A stretch of 32,000 bases of DNA from Thermofilum pendens Hrk 5 (GCF_000015225.1 NC_008698.1:1-32000), one strand, 5' to 3'; numbered from the stretch's first letter, positions 9,259-16,955 are shown. A program made the numbers and translations. The notes: generated by a model not told the origin, from the sequence alone.

Positions 9259-9918
9259 GTGCAAACCATAAGGGTATCAATACTTGGACCGCCGGGAGCC
9301 GGTAAGGGGACGTACGCGTCCGAGGTGGCTAGGTTCTTCGGAGTGCCGCACGTATCCACGGGGGAGCTTCTGCGACAAGAGATACGCAAGGGGTCCGAGC
9401 TGGGTAGGCGCGTCGCTACGTACGTTTCCAGGGGGCTACTGGTCCCCGACGATGTGGTCAACGAGCTTGTTGGAAGCCGCCTCTCGCAGGGCGACTGCGC
9501 GAAGGGCTTCGTCCTGGACGGCTACCCGCGGACGCTACAACAGGCTCTTTTCCTCGAAAAGCACTACCCCCTGGACAAGGCTGTGCTTCTGAGTGTAAGC
9601 CTGAAGGTCGCCGTTGAGAGGCTCTCGGGAAGGCTTTACTGTCCCAACTGCGGCGAAACGTACCACGTGTCCTGGAAGCCTCCGAGAAAACCGGGTGTAT
9701 GCGACAATTGCGGGTCTAGGCTCGTGAGGAGGAGAGACGACGACCCGGAAGTCGTTGAGGCGAGGTTCCGCGAGTACTGGAGACTCACGCTCCCCGTCGT
9801 GGACTTCTACAGGGAGAAAGGCAAGCTCCTGGAGTTCGACGCAAACGGAGATTCCAGGGAGCTTGCGCCGAGGCTTGTATCCATACTCGCGGGAGCGTTG
9901 GCGAAGACCTCTACCTAA
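9259..9918 (+). CDS. adk: adenylate kinase, long bacterial-type with Cys4 zinc lid
   Basis: P-loop GPPGAGKGT, NMP-binding GELLR, LDGYPR, lid CPNCGETYH...CDNCGSRLVRRRDD. GTG start. Confidence 0.9.
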   Translation: MQTIRVSILGPPGAGKGTYASEVARFFGVPHVSTGELLRQEIRKGSELGRRVATYVSRGLLVPDDVVNELVGSRLSQGDCAKGFVLDGYPRTLQQALFLEKHYPLDKAVLLSVSLKVAVERLSGRLYCPNCGETYHVSWKPPRKPGVCDNCGSRLVRRRDDDPEVVEARFREYWRLTLPVVDFYREKGKLLEFDANGDSRELAPRLVSILAGALAKTST

Positions 9919-9957
9919 AAGTTAGGCTTTTTACCCGCCTCCCGATCTCCTCCTAGG

Positions 9958-10458
9958 ATGGTTGGAGAAAGGCTCGGCAGGTTCCAAGTAATGGCCCTCC
10001 TGCAGGCCGCGCGGTACTACGTGCTGACAGGCGACCTTGAAAAAGCTTATTCCTTCGGGCTCAACAGGGCGATATTCTACGCCTGGGCGAAGAGGAGAGG
10101 AGTCCCCGTTGCCGCTTCGCGCGAAAAGATCGCTAGGGGCGTGGAGGTCGAGAAAGACTCCTCAGGGAGGACGCTCGTATACGTGGGCGACGAGGCTGCA
10201 TACCTCAGCGAGCACGGGTGGTTCACGATGGGCGGGCAGGACCAGACTCCGGAGCTCTTCGAACGCGAAGTTAAGTCCAGGGTGGAGAAAGTTATGCCCT
10301 TCGAGGAGGCCTGGAGGATCGCTGTCGAGTACGTGAAGTCGTTCGACAAGAGGACGCTTCTAAGCCAAGCGGACTTCTACGAGAAGGTCTACCTACCTGT
10401 GCGCGACTCCTTCCCCGAGATTCCCCCTAGAAAGGGGAGGCAGACAACGCTCTTCTAA
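9958..10458 (+). CDS. hypothetical protein
   Basis: 166-aa ORF with coding-like composition, 39 nt downstream of adk on the same strand. No motif recognised. Confidence 0.5.
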   Translation: MVGERLGRFQVMALLQAARYYVLTGDLEKAYSFGLNRAIFYAWAKRRGVPVAASREKIARGVEVEKDSSGRTLVYVGDEAAYLSEHGWFTMGGQDQTPELFEREVKSRVEKVMPFEEAWRIAVEYVKSFDKRTLLSQADFYEKVYLPVRDSFPEIPPRKGRQTTLF

Positions 10459-10502
10459 GCCACCCCTGCAACAGCGTACAGAAGAGGCGTACCGGGGGAG
10501 TG

Positions 10503-10551
10503 TCAGCTTCCGCCGTAGGCCTCACAGCTCGGTCCTAGCGAACTTCATCAC
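10503..10551 (-). ncRNA. box C/D sRNA (2'-O-methylation guide) candidate
   Basis: Minus strand reads GUGAUGA / AGUUCGCUAGGA / CCGA / GCU / GUGAGGC / CUACGGCGGAAG / CUGA. That is C(7/7)-12-D'(3/4)-3-C'(5/7)-12-D(4/4), 49 nt in total. TATA-like GGTTTATCC (10575-10584, minus) lies about 26 nt upstream. Located in a convergent intergenic spacer. Confidence 0.6.
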
Positions 10552-10592
10552 CATGCTTGAAAGGCTTGTTGAGCGGATAAACCCATCGCGCT

Positions 10593-11075
10593 CTAAATGG
10601 GGAGTATTTCCTCGTCTTCCTCGTCCATGACGAAGAGGTGGAGGAAGGCCCCCCATATGAGCACGTTTTTCCTGGCTTCCTCCACGTTTCCCGGGTAGTA
10701 CTTGCCTATTATGGCGTCGAACTCCTCCACAGTCATCCTCTTTTTCTCCTTGAGGGTCGATGCTATCTCGGCTAGAGGCTCGATGTTGCTGATAGCGTTC
10801 CTTAACAGCTTCTTGATGCTCTTCGGATCGCTTCGGGCAACCCTCTTCCCCAGCTCTGTTAGCTGTAGGTTTCCTTTATGGGTCTTTATGAGCCCTAAGG
10901 CCTCCGCGACGTCTATAGCCTTCGGGAGAACCTGTATGTTTTCGTGGACAGCGTCCCCTACGTACATCGAGTCAGTCAACCCTCCCATTGTGTGTAGGAC
11001 TTCTAGCAACCCGAGGACGTGGTCGGGGGAAACATCCCTTGGAAGCACGATCTTCTTAGAGCTTTGTTGTGACAC
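10593..11075 (-). CDS. stand-alone AAA-associated (ABC-ATPase C-terminal accessory) domain protein
   Basis: 160 aa. The pattern LP...HVLGLLEVL...GG..D...V.......LPKAIDVAEALGLI...GNLQLTELG and C-terminal VLIWGAFLHLF..DEE matches my recollection of the domain usually fused to NitT/TauT ABC ATPases. Divergent from such a transporter. Confidence 0.6.
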   Translation of the reverse strand: MSQQSSKKIVLPRDVSPDHVLGLLEVLHTMGGLTDSMYVGDAVHENIQVLPKAIDVAEALGLIKTHKGNLQLTELGKRVARSDPKSIKKLLRNAISNIEPLAEIASTLKEKKRMTVEEFDAIIGKYYPGNVEEARKNVLIWGAFLHLFVMDEEDEEILPI

Positions 11076-11153
11076 CTTAAGGTCCCACCCGCTCTAAGAA
11101 ATAGCTATATTAACATTTTTAACGTTTTCGCAAATTGTCCTCGGTGAACGCTA

Positions 11154-12647
11154 ATGCTAGCCCTGCTTATCGCGGTCTCGGCGAGCCTTGCACGCATGGC
11201 GGAAGCGTACATCGTATCCCTGCTCATAGCTCTAGTTCTGGGCTCGCTAATGGCTCGTAACAAGGTTGTCGAATCCATCATGCTACCCGTGCTCGACATC
11301 CTCCAGTCAATACCCATACTCGGCTTCTTCCCGGCTGCCCTCGCTATGTTCATAGCTAACCTTCCCAGGGCTTTGGGCGTAGAGGCGGCAGCTGTATTCT
11401 TGATAGTGACTAGCCTTGTGTGGAACATGATATTCGGGGTTTACGCGTCTATAAAGTCCCTTGAACCCTCCGTTTTCGATATGGCGAGGGTTTACTCGCT
11501 GGGTGCTGTTTCGAGGTTTTTCTACATATACGTGCCGGCTTCTAGGGCGGCGCTCCTGGCGAACAGCCTCATCTCGTGGGCTGGCGGCTGGTTCTTCCTG
11601 ACGGCAGCCGAGGTCATCACTCTGGGAGAGGAGGAGTACAAGCTGACGGGTATAGGCGCCTTTATAATGGAGAGCTACAACAGGGGGGACTACGCGAGCT
11701 TCTACATCGGCGTTGCCGCGCTGTTCGCGACTATCATGGCGACGTATGTTCTCCTATGGAACCCAGCCGTAAAGTCCGTTAGAGACCTACCCCTCCCGTC
11801 CGTGAGCGCTTTCTACGAAAAGTTCTCGGAGGTTGTTTCCCGCGTGTGGAGTGGTCTAGGAGAGGCTCTGGTATGGGTCGAGGCGAGAGTTAAGCTTCCA
11901 GGCTTCGTCCCCAGGGTTGTCGGGGCTACGCTACTAGTGGTCGCGTTGTTCTACCTTGGCTCCGGCGTGGCGGGTCTTCTAAGCTTGGACGTAGTAGGCG
12001 TGGCTAAGAGCTTCCTTCACGAGCTACCGCTGAGCCTCGCAAGGGTGTCTATAGTGCTCGTCTTTTCCCTGGTCCTCTCGCTCCTAATAGCCTACCTGAC
12101 GTACAGCTTCAGGAGAGCTGCGATGCTTATTGGCGCATCGGGCGAGCTACTCGCCTCAGTGCCGGCAATCATATGGTGGCCTCTACTGGGCTACGTAGCC
12201 TTGACCTTCTCCTGGGGGCCTCTCGTGGTTTTGTTTACGGTTCTCCTGCAAGGCTCTCTGTGGTACCTGTACTTCAATATACTCGTCTTCGGGCTTGGAA
12301 GCATAAGAAAAGAGCACGAAGAGCTCGCCGCCGTGTACGGCGTAAAGGGGTGGCACTTCTTCAGGTCGATATTCTTCCCCTCGGTTTTTCCCTCGCTTCT
12401 CACAGGTGCTTTAAGCTCGTGGGGTGGGGCGTGGAACGCGACGATAGCCGCTGAATACGTTACGCTGGGCCAGAGAACGATAGACCTGGGAGGTGTCGGA
12501 GCCCTGCTTAACAGGTATACTGTTGAGGGAGAAGCCGGGAAAACCGCGCTGGCGGCACTCTTCTTGTCGCTGGTTATAGTAGCGGTGGATAAAGCGGTCT
12601 GGGCGAGGCTGTTCTCAAGGCTTAGCGGTAAGTTTGCCGGTGAGTAG
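11154..12647 (+). CDS. ABC transporter permease, duplicated (fused) NitT/TauT-type
   Basis: 497-aa polytopic protein with two permease-like halves, each with an EAA-like loop region (first half SLEPSVFDMARVYSLG, second half KEHEELAAVYGVKG). Overlaps the following ATPase gene by 14 nt. Confidence 0.8.
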   Translation: MLALLIAVSASLARMAEAYIVSLLIALVLGSLMARNKVVESIMLPVLDILQSIPILGFFPAALAMFIANLPRALGVEAAAVFLIVTSLVWNMIFGVYASIKSLEPSVFDMARVYSLGAVSRFFYIYVPASRAALLANSLISWAGGWFFLTAAEVITLGEEEYKLTGIGAFIMESYNRGDYASFYIGVAALFATIMATYVLLWNPAVKSVRDLPLPSVSAFYEKFSEVVSRVWSGLGEALVWVEARVKLPGFVPRVVGATLLVVALFYLGSGVAGLLSLDVVGVAKSFLHELPLSLARVSIVLVFSLVLSLLIAYLTYSFRRAAMLIGASGELLASVPAIIWWPLLGYVALTFSWGPLVVLFTVLLQGSLWYLYFNILVFGLGSIRKEHEELAAVYGVKGWHFFRSIFFPSVFPSLLTGALSSWGGAWNATIAAEYVTLGQRTIDLGGVGALLNRYTVEGEAGKTALAALFLSLVIVAVDKAVWARLFSRLSGKFAGE

Positions 12648-13386
12648 CATGCAGACGATACTCTCCATAAGGAACATCGTCAAGACGTTCAAGGAAGGCG
12701 GGAAGACACTACCGGTTCTCGACCACATATCCTTCGACGTCGGAGAAGAGTTCGTCGCGATCCTAGGGCCCTCCGGGTGCGGGAAGACCACGCTTTTAAG
12801 GATAATAGCCGGGCTTGAGAAAGCCGATAGCGGGGAGATAGTGTTCGCTAGAGGCGATTCGCGCATAGGCTTTATCTTCCAGTCTCCAACCCTGCTACCC
12901 TGGCTGACTGTACTCGAAAACGTGGCGCTCCCCCTAAGGGCTAACGGCGTTCCGCGCAGGGAGGCCGAGGAGAAGGCCAGGAAGTACATCTCCCTGGTGG
13001 GCCTCCAAGCCTTCGAGAACTTCTACCCGCACGAGCTGAGCGGCGGGATGAAGCAGAGAGTCAATATCGCGAGGGCACTCGCGGTGGAGCCAGTACTGCT
13101 ACTCATGGATGAACCCTTCTCGCAGCTCGACCCGTTGACCGCGGAGTCGCTCAGGTCGGAGATTCTGGACATGTGGATGTGGGGTGTAACGACCGTAAGA
13201 GCGATAATAATGGTTACCCACAACGTCGACGAGGCAGTCTTCATGGCCGACAGAATCATCGTGCTAACAACGCGGCCCGCGAAGATCGCTGGAATAGTGC
13301 ATGTCGACCTGCCGAGGCCTAGGGATAGGAGGTCGCCGGAGTTCCAGAAGGTCGAGGACCAGGTATACGAGTACATAAGCGCCTAA
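12634..13386 (+). CDS. ABC transporter ATP-binding protein (NitT/TauT, SsuB/TauB-like)
   Basis: Walker A GPSGCGKTT, Q-loop FQSPTLLPW, signature LSGGMKQR, Walker B LLLMDEPFSQLD, H-loop VTHN. Confidence 0.9.
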   Translation: MPVSSMQTILSIRNIVKTFKEGGKTLPVLDHISFDVGEEFVAILGPSGCGKTTLLRIIAGLEKADSGEIVFARGDSRIGFIFQSPTLLPWLTVLENVALPLRANGVPRREAEEKARKYISLVGLQAFENFYPHELSGGMKQRVNIARALAVEPVLLLMDEPFSQLDPLTAESLRSEILDMWMWGVTTVRAIIMVTHNVDEAVFMADRIIVLTTRPAKIAGIVHVDLPRPRDRRSPEFQKVEDQVYEYISA

Positions 13387-13406
13387 GCGCGCGGAGCTGA
13401 GAGGAA

Positions 13407-13586
13407 GTGCTGAACGCCTTTCCCTGTCGGTTTTTCGCTTTAGCCGCGCGTGAGTACGCGGCGGAAGATGCAACGCTATGGGAAGCGCTCTACCGCTTCG
13501 CAGTTGCAAAGGCACAGGCTAAGCCAGCCGCGAAGAAGCTAGTCGAAGAACTGCTAAGAATTAAACCAGCTGGGGCACAAGAATAA
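13407..13586 (+). CDS. possible unannotated small ORF (59 codons, GTG start)
   Basis: Open frame VLNAFPCRFFALAAREYAAEDATLWEALYRFAVAKAQAKPAAKKLVEELLRIKPAGAQE, just under the track cutoff. GAGGAA lies just upstream and GC-rich hairpins follow the stop. No homology recognised, so it could be a chance ORF. Confidence 0.2.
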   Translation: MLNAFPCRFFALAAREYAAEDATLWEALYRFAVAKAQAKPAAKKLVEELLRIKPAGAQE

Positions 13587-13680
13587 GGGGTAGGACCCCC
13601 GGGGAAGCGGTGCCCGGCCCCCTCATTGAAGCACGCGCTACTCGCAACGAATAAAAGAAGACATTATTGTAGAACATTGG

Positions 13681-13734
13681 GGGATGAGGAGGCGGTGGCT
13701 GTACGAAGCTGGTGAGTGCAGGGTAAGCTTCTGA
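13681..13734 (+). ncRNA. weaker box C/D sRNA candidate
   Basis: GGGAUGA (6/7 C box) - 11 nt - CUGU (3/4 D') - 9 nt - GUGAGUG (4/7 C') - 12 nt - CUGA (D). Flanks GG...CCCC can pair. TATA-like AATAAAAG (13650-13657) lies about 26 nt upstream. Confidence 0.35.
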
Positions 13735-13737
13735 CCC

Positions 13738-14118
13738 CTACTCGTTGCACCTAGGGCTTACCTCCATGTACTCGGTCTCCACGCCGGGAGCCTCTACGAC
13801 GAGGGCAACGCCGCGCCTACCGCCCGGCCTGTAGGCGTTGTGCCACTCGTCTACCACGTAGAGCTTGCCGGGCTCCATCTTTACCTCCCTCAGCTCCGAC
13901 CCGTCCTCGCTGACGACCAGAGTTATCTCCCCCTCGAGTAGGACGAAGAGCTCCGGTCTATCGTGCTTCTCCAGTACAGTGACTTCCCGTAGAGAGGCGT
14001 TCTCGGGGATGTAGATGCCAACCTGCCACTTGTCGTTCTCCCTGTAAGCCACGGTCCACCTTTCCCCGTAAAGCCTGGCGTCAAGCACCTTCACGGCGCA
14101 ACACCCACTAGCAGGCAC
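13738..14118 (-). CDS. cupin-fold small protein
   Basis: 126 aa, beta-rich. Cupin-like motif 2 PGKLYVVDEWHNAY and partial motif 1 (EKHDRPELFVLLEGE). Last gene of the DNPH1-like operon. Confidence 0.55.
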   Translation of the reverse strand: MPASGCCAVKVLDARLYGERWTVAYRENDKWQVGIYIPENASLREVTVLEKHDRPELFVLLEGEITLVVSEDGSELREVKMEPGKLYVVDEWHNAYRPGGRRGVALVVEAPGVETEYMEVSPRCNE

Positions 14119-14126
14119 ACGGGAAG

Positions 14127-14903
14127 CTATAAATCTTCCTCCTTCACGCCCCCCGCTTTCTCCTTCTCCACGAGCCGAAGCCCCTTCTCGGCGGCGAGCT
14201 TTTTCACGAGCTCTTCTACTCTTTCCATGGCGTCCGAGAGGCCCTCGGGGGTTTCCGAGTAAGCTGTAAACGTCAGCGGAAGACCCTTCCCGGTGTAGAA
14301 CCTCGCGTCGAGCCGCGCGAACACGCCTTTCACCCCGCTGTTTACCTCGGAAACTATGCTTTCAGCCTCCTCGACGCCGCACTCAACGTCCATCGAGAAC
14401 GTCACCGAGTACTTTTTCCCGGTTTTCTCCCGGAAGAAATCCTGTATGCCTGCCTCGAAGGTCTCGATCGTCTCCTCGAACCCCGGCGGCGTCGCTGCCA
14501 CGAATCGGTCGTCCGTCAGGCTAAAGGCAACGAACGCTGGTACGGGTCCGCGCTCGTTCGGAATAACGTAGCTGAACTCCGGGGTTATCGCCAGCTCTTC
14601 GACGTTGCCCGGGATGTCCACCCGGTCCATATAGTACCCGGTTACGAGCTCCAAAGCCTCCTTGTTTACCTCCAGCTTTAGTCCCAGCGCGTTACCTATT
14701 ACTTCCACGGCCTTCCTATTCCCCGCCGCGCCCACTACTATCACGGCGTCCTGCTCGGCTATGACCGCGGCGACCTCCTCTAAGCTGACGTTCGCCCGCA
14801 CAAGAGAGGGCTCTACCCCTATAGCTCCGAGGTACCCTTTAAGCCACTGAAGCGCGGCTTCGGGCTCCCGGGCTTCCGGCAGGGCGACTACGGCTACCTT
14901 CAT
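14127..14903 (-). CDS. short CinA-like (COG1058 MoCF-biosynthesis-domain plus KH-like domain) protein, divergent N-terminus
   Basis: 258 aa. Collinear with my recollection of the CinA N-terminal domain (DAVIVVGAAG..., LEVNKEALELV, IPNERGPVPAF, TPPGFEE) and the CinA middle domain. The canonical N-terminal G-x-E...D-x-N block is not visible. Confidence 0.45.
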   Translation of the reverse strand: MKVAVVALPEAREPEAALQWLKGYLGAIGVEPSLVRANVSLEEVAAVIAEQDAVIVVGAAGNRKAVEVIGNALGLKLEVNKEALELVTGYYMDRVDIPGNVEELAITPEFSYVIPNERGPVPAFVAFSLTDDRFVAATPPGFEETIETFEAGIQDFFREKTGKKYSVTFSMDVECGVEEAESIVSEVNSGVKGVFARLDARFYTGKGLPLTFTAYSETPEGLSDAMERVEELVKKLAAEKGLRLVEKEKAGGVKEEDL

Positions 14904-15340
14904 TGCATGTCAACGCTACCTGGCAACATGCTGTCTAATTTTTCTATTGCCTCGTCGACGTCCGAGTAGGCTACCAGCCTGAAGTTCTCCCACGTTATAC
15001 CCCTTATCATCGCGGATACCGATTCCAGCCTCTCGCGCAAGGCCAGGGCTATCACCGGCTTCCCCCTCAGCAGAAAGTACGCTATCTCGAAGCCCACGCC
15101 GAGGCTCGGGTACGATACCTCCGCCACCAGGACGTCCGCCTCTTCCAGCAACCTTATATCCCTCTCGAAGACCTCTCTAGGCGTCATACCCTTCTCCACG
15201 TCGAGCACGTCGTCCGCTACGTGCTTCGTCAACACGACGTACCCCCTCTCCTCCAGGGCTTGCAACAGCTTCTTCACGTTTGCCAGCGCGCTACGGTCAC
15301 CCCTCATCGGAGCCGCCAGGTAGACCTTCACGCCGGTCAC
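14900..15340 (-). CDS. DNPH1/Rcl-like 2'-deoxynucleoside 5'-phosphate N-hydrolase (nucleoside 2-deoxyribosyltransferase superfamily)
   Basis: 146 aa, collinear with animal DNPH1 as I recall it: VYLAAPMRGDR (vs YFCGSIRGGRED), VLTKHVA, ERDIRLLEEADVLVAEVSYPSLGVGFEIAY (catalytic Glu context SLGVGYE), SAMIRG. GTG start with TATA-like GATTAAAG about 27 nt upstream. Confidence 0.8.
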   Translation of the reverse strand: MTGVKVYLAAPMRGDRSALANVKKLLQALEERGYVVLTKHVADDVLDVEKGMTPREVFERDIRLLEEADVLVAEVSYPSLGVGFEIAYFLLRGKPVIALALRERLESVSAMIRGITWENFRLVAYSDVDEAIEKLDSMLPGSVDMQ

Positions 15341-15374
15341 CCGGGTCAGCCCATAGAAAGGAGGCTTTAATCCC

Positions 15375-15887
15375 TTACGTGGTCCCGGGGTTGCGCGCCG
15401 GGAGCCTTGCGAGGTTCGCCTTGTCGATCCTTATCGGTAGCTTCGTTGTCTCCTTAACTACTTCGAGCACGACCGACGTGTAGGTTTTCTCTACCCCCTC
15501 GATATTTCTCAGCCTGTTTACGACGAGGTCTCCCAGCTCGTCGACACTCCCCACGCGGACCTTGGCGAGGATATCCCACTCACCCGTGATTATGTGAACC
15601 TCCTGGACCTCCGGGATCTTCGCTATCTCCTGGGCGACCTTCCTCTGGTCGAGCCCTCTATCCCTCGAAAACGAGATGAAAACGTATGCGAGTGTGTCGT
15701 AGCCCAGCTTTTTAGGGTCGAGTATAGCCCTGTAAGCCTTTATCACGCCTTCCCTCTCCAGCCGTTTAAGCCGAGCGTGAGTCGTAGTAATCGGAGAGCC
15801 TATCCTCTTGCTAATTTCCTTTATGACTAACCTCGCGTTCTCCTGGAGCAACTCCAGTATAGCCGCATCCTTCTCATCGATGATCAT
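15375..15887 (-). CDS. Lrp/AsnC-family transcriptional regulator
   Basis: N-terminal HTH (DEKDAAILELLQENARLVIKEISKRIGSPITTTHARLKRLEREGVI) followed by a RAM/AsnC ligand domain (AYVFIS...VHIITGEWDILAKVRV...). About 20 extra C-terminal residues. Confidence 0.85.
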   Translation of the reverse strand: MIIDEKDAAILELLQENARLVIKEISKRIGSPITTTHARLKRLEREGVIKAYRAILDPKKLGYDTLAYVFISFSRDRGLDQRKVAQEIAKIPEVQEVHIITGEWDILAKVRVGSVDELGDLVVNRLRNIEGVEKTYTSVVLEVVKETTKLPIRIDKANLARLPARNPGTT

Positions 15888-15928
15888 TTTATCAGCACGT
15901 CCAAAAGCATCCAGGAAAATATACTTTT

Positions 15929-16633
15929 CTATTTCGATTTTTTGGAAATTCCTTCCTCCCCTCCGCCTACACCGCTGTAAAAAATCCTGCTAACCCTCTC
16001 GAGAAAACTCTCCTCCAAGCCTCTCTCCGCTATCCTCCTCAGCTTCCTCTTAGCCTCCCTCAGCGCCAGTATACTAGCGCGGCGAGTAACCTCTAGCTCG
16101 AGCTCTCTCACCAGCCGCCTTACGACCTTCAAAGCCTTGAACACCGTCAAGCTCCCGGGGAGCGGCACAACAAAAGAGACGTAGAGCATCTCCTCTCCGC
16201 TCTCCAAATCCACGTAGCTAACGAAGCCAGAGTCCATGAGCTCCTTTAACACGGAGAGAAGAGCCTCCTGGTACGCCTCTATCCCTATGTACGACCTCCA
16301 CTCGGAGAACCACTCGTCAACGCTTACCTCGACTCCTCCCCTGTTAACTTTAACCTCGTATGTGAAGAGAGAGCCCATCCTCAGGATGTAGAAGATGTTT
16401 TTCTCCATGTACTCTACGGGCTCTATCGACACGCCTTCGGGGATCTCCTCCAGCCTTAACCCCCGAAGCTTGCCTACAGGTATGGGTACGAAGTCGCCGA
16501 CCCCGCTGTACGTCTCCCCGTCGAGGTCGAGGTAGAGGACGTCACCCTCCCTGGTGAAAAACGCCCTTATCCTCCTACTGGAAACGAACTTCGAAGGCCT
16601 CCTCTCACCGTCCCCCATGCCGACACCAGACAC
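15929..16633 (-). CDS. hypothetical protein
   Basis: 234-aa soluble ORF with coding-like composition and a basic coiled C-terminus. No motif recognised. Confidence 0.5.
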   Translation of the reverse strand: MSGVGMGDGERRPSKFVSSRRIRAFFTREGDVLYLDLDGETYSGVGDFVPIPVGKLRGLRLEEIPEGVSIEPVEYMEKNIFYILRMGSLFTYEVKVNRGGVEVSVDEWFSEWRSYIGIEAYQEALLSVLKELMDSGFVSYVDLESGEEMLYVSFVVPLPGSLTVFKALKVVRRLVRELELEVTRRASILALREAKRKLRRIAERGLEESFLERVSRIFYSGVGGGEEGISKKSK

Positions 16634-16682
16634 TCTTGCTTGCCATGCACAAGCCCCTTATAACGGTAACGCGTGCAGACGA

Positions 16683-16955
16683 ATGTTTTTAAGCAGGCCT
16701 AAGGAGTGGTGGAGGGTGCATTCCAGCATGCTACTCGGAGTAGCGGGCATGTTGCTCATAATAGCGGCATGGATTGCAAGCTTCAAGGATGTCCCAAGCC
16801 CTCGCTTAAGCTCGCTTTACGCCGCTGGAAGCTTCCTCCTCGCCGTGCACTCCGTGCTCATAGGAGATCCCGTGTTCCTAGTCTTAAATAGCCTTGCGAC
16901 GGCGCTCGCTCTCCTCAACCTGTACAGGTGGTATAGGGGCAGGGCGAAGCCGTAA
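16683..16955 (+). CDS. small 3-TM membrane protein
   Basis: The track ORF starts at 16554 but overlaps the divergent gene. ATG 16683 lies about 25 nt downstream of CTTATAA (16657-16663). Three hydrophobic helices. TAATG junction with the HAD gene. Confidence 0.5.
   Translation: MFLSRPKEWWRVHSSMLLGVAGMLLIIAAWIASFKDVPSPRLSSLYAAGSFLLAVHSVLIGDPVFLVLNSLATALALLNLYRWYRGRAKP

Noticed and set aside
13587-13660. G/C-rich segment examined as a possible tRNA
   Set aside because: There is no 7-bp acceptor pairing at tRNA spacing and no T-loop (GTTCGAATC-like) or D-loop motif. Only short local hairpins are present.
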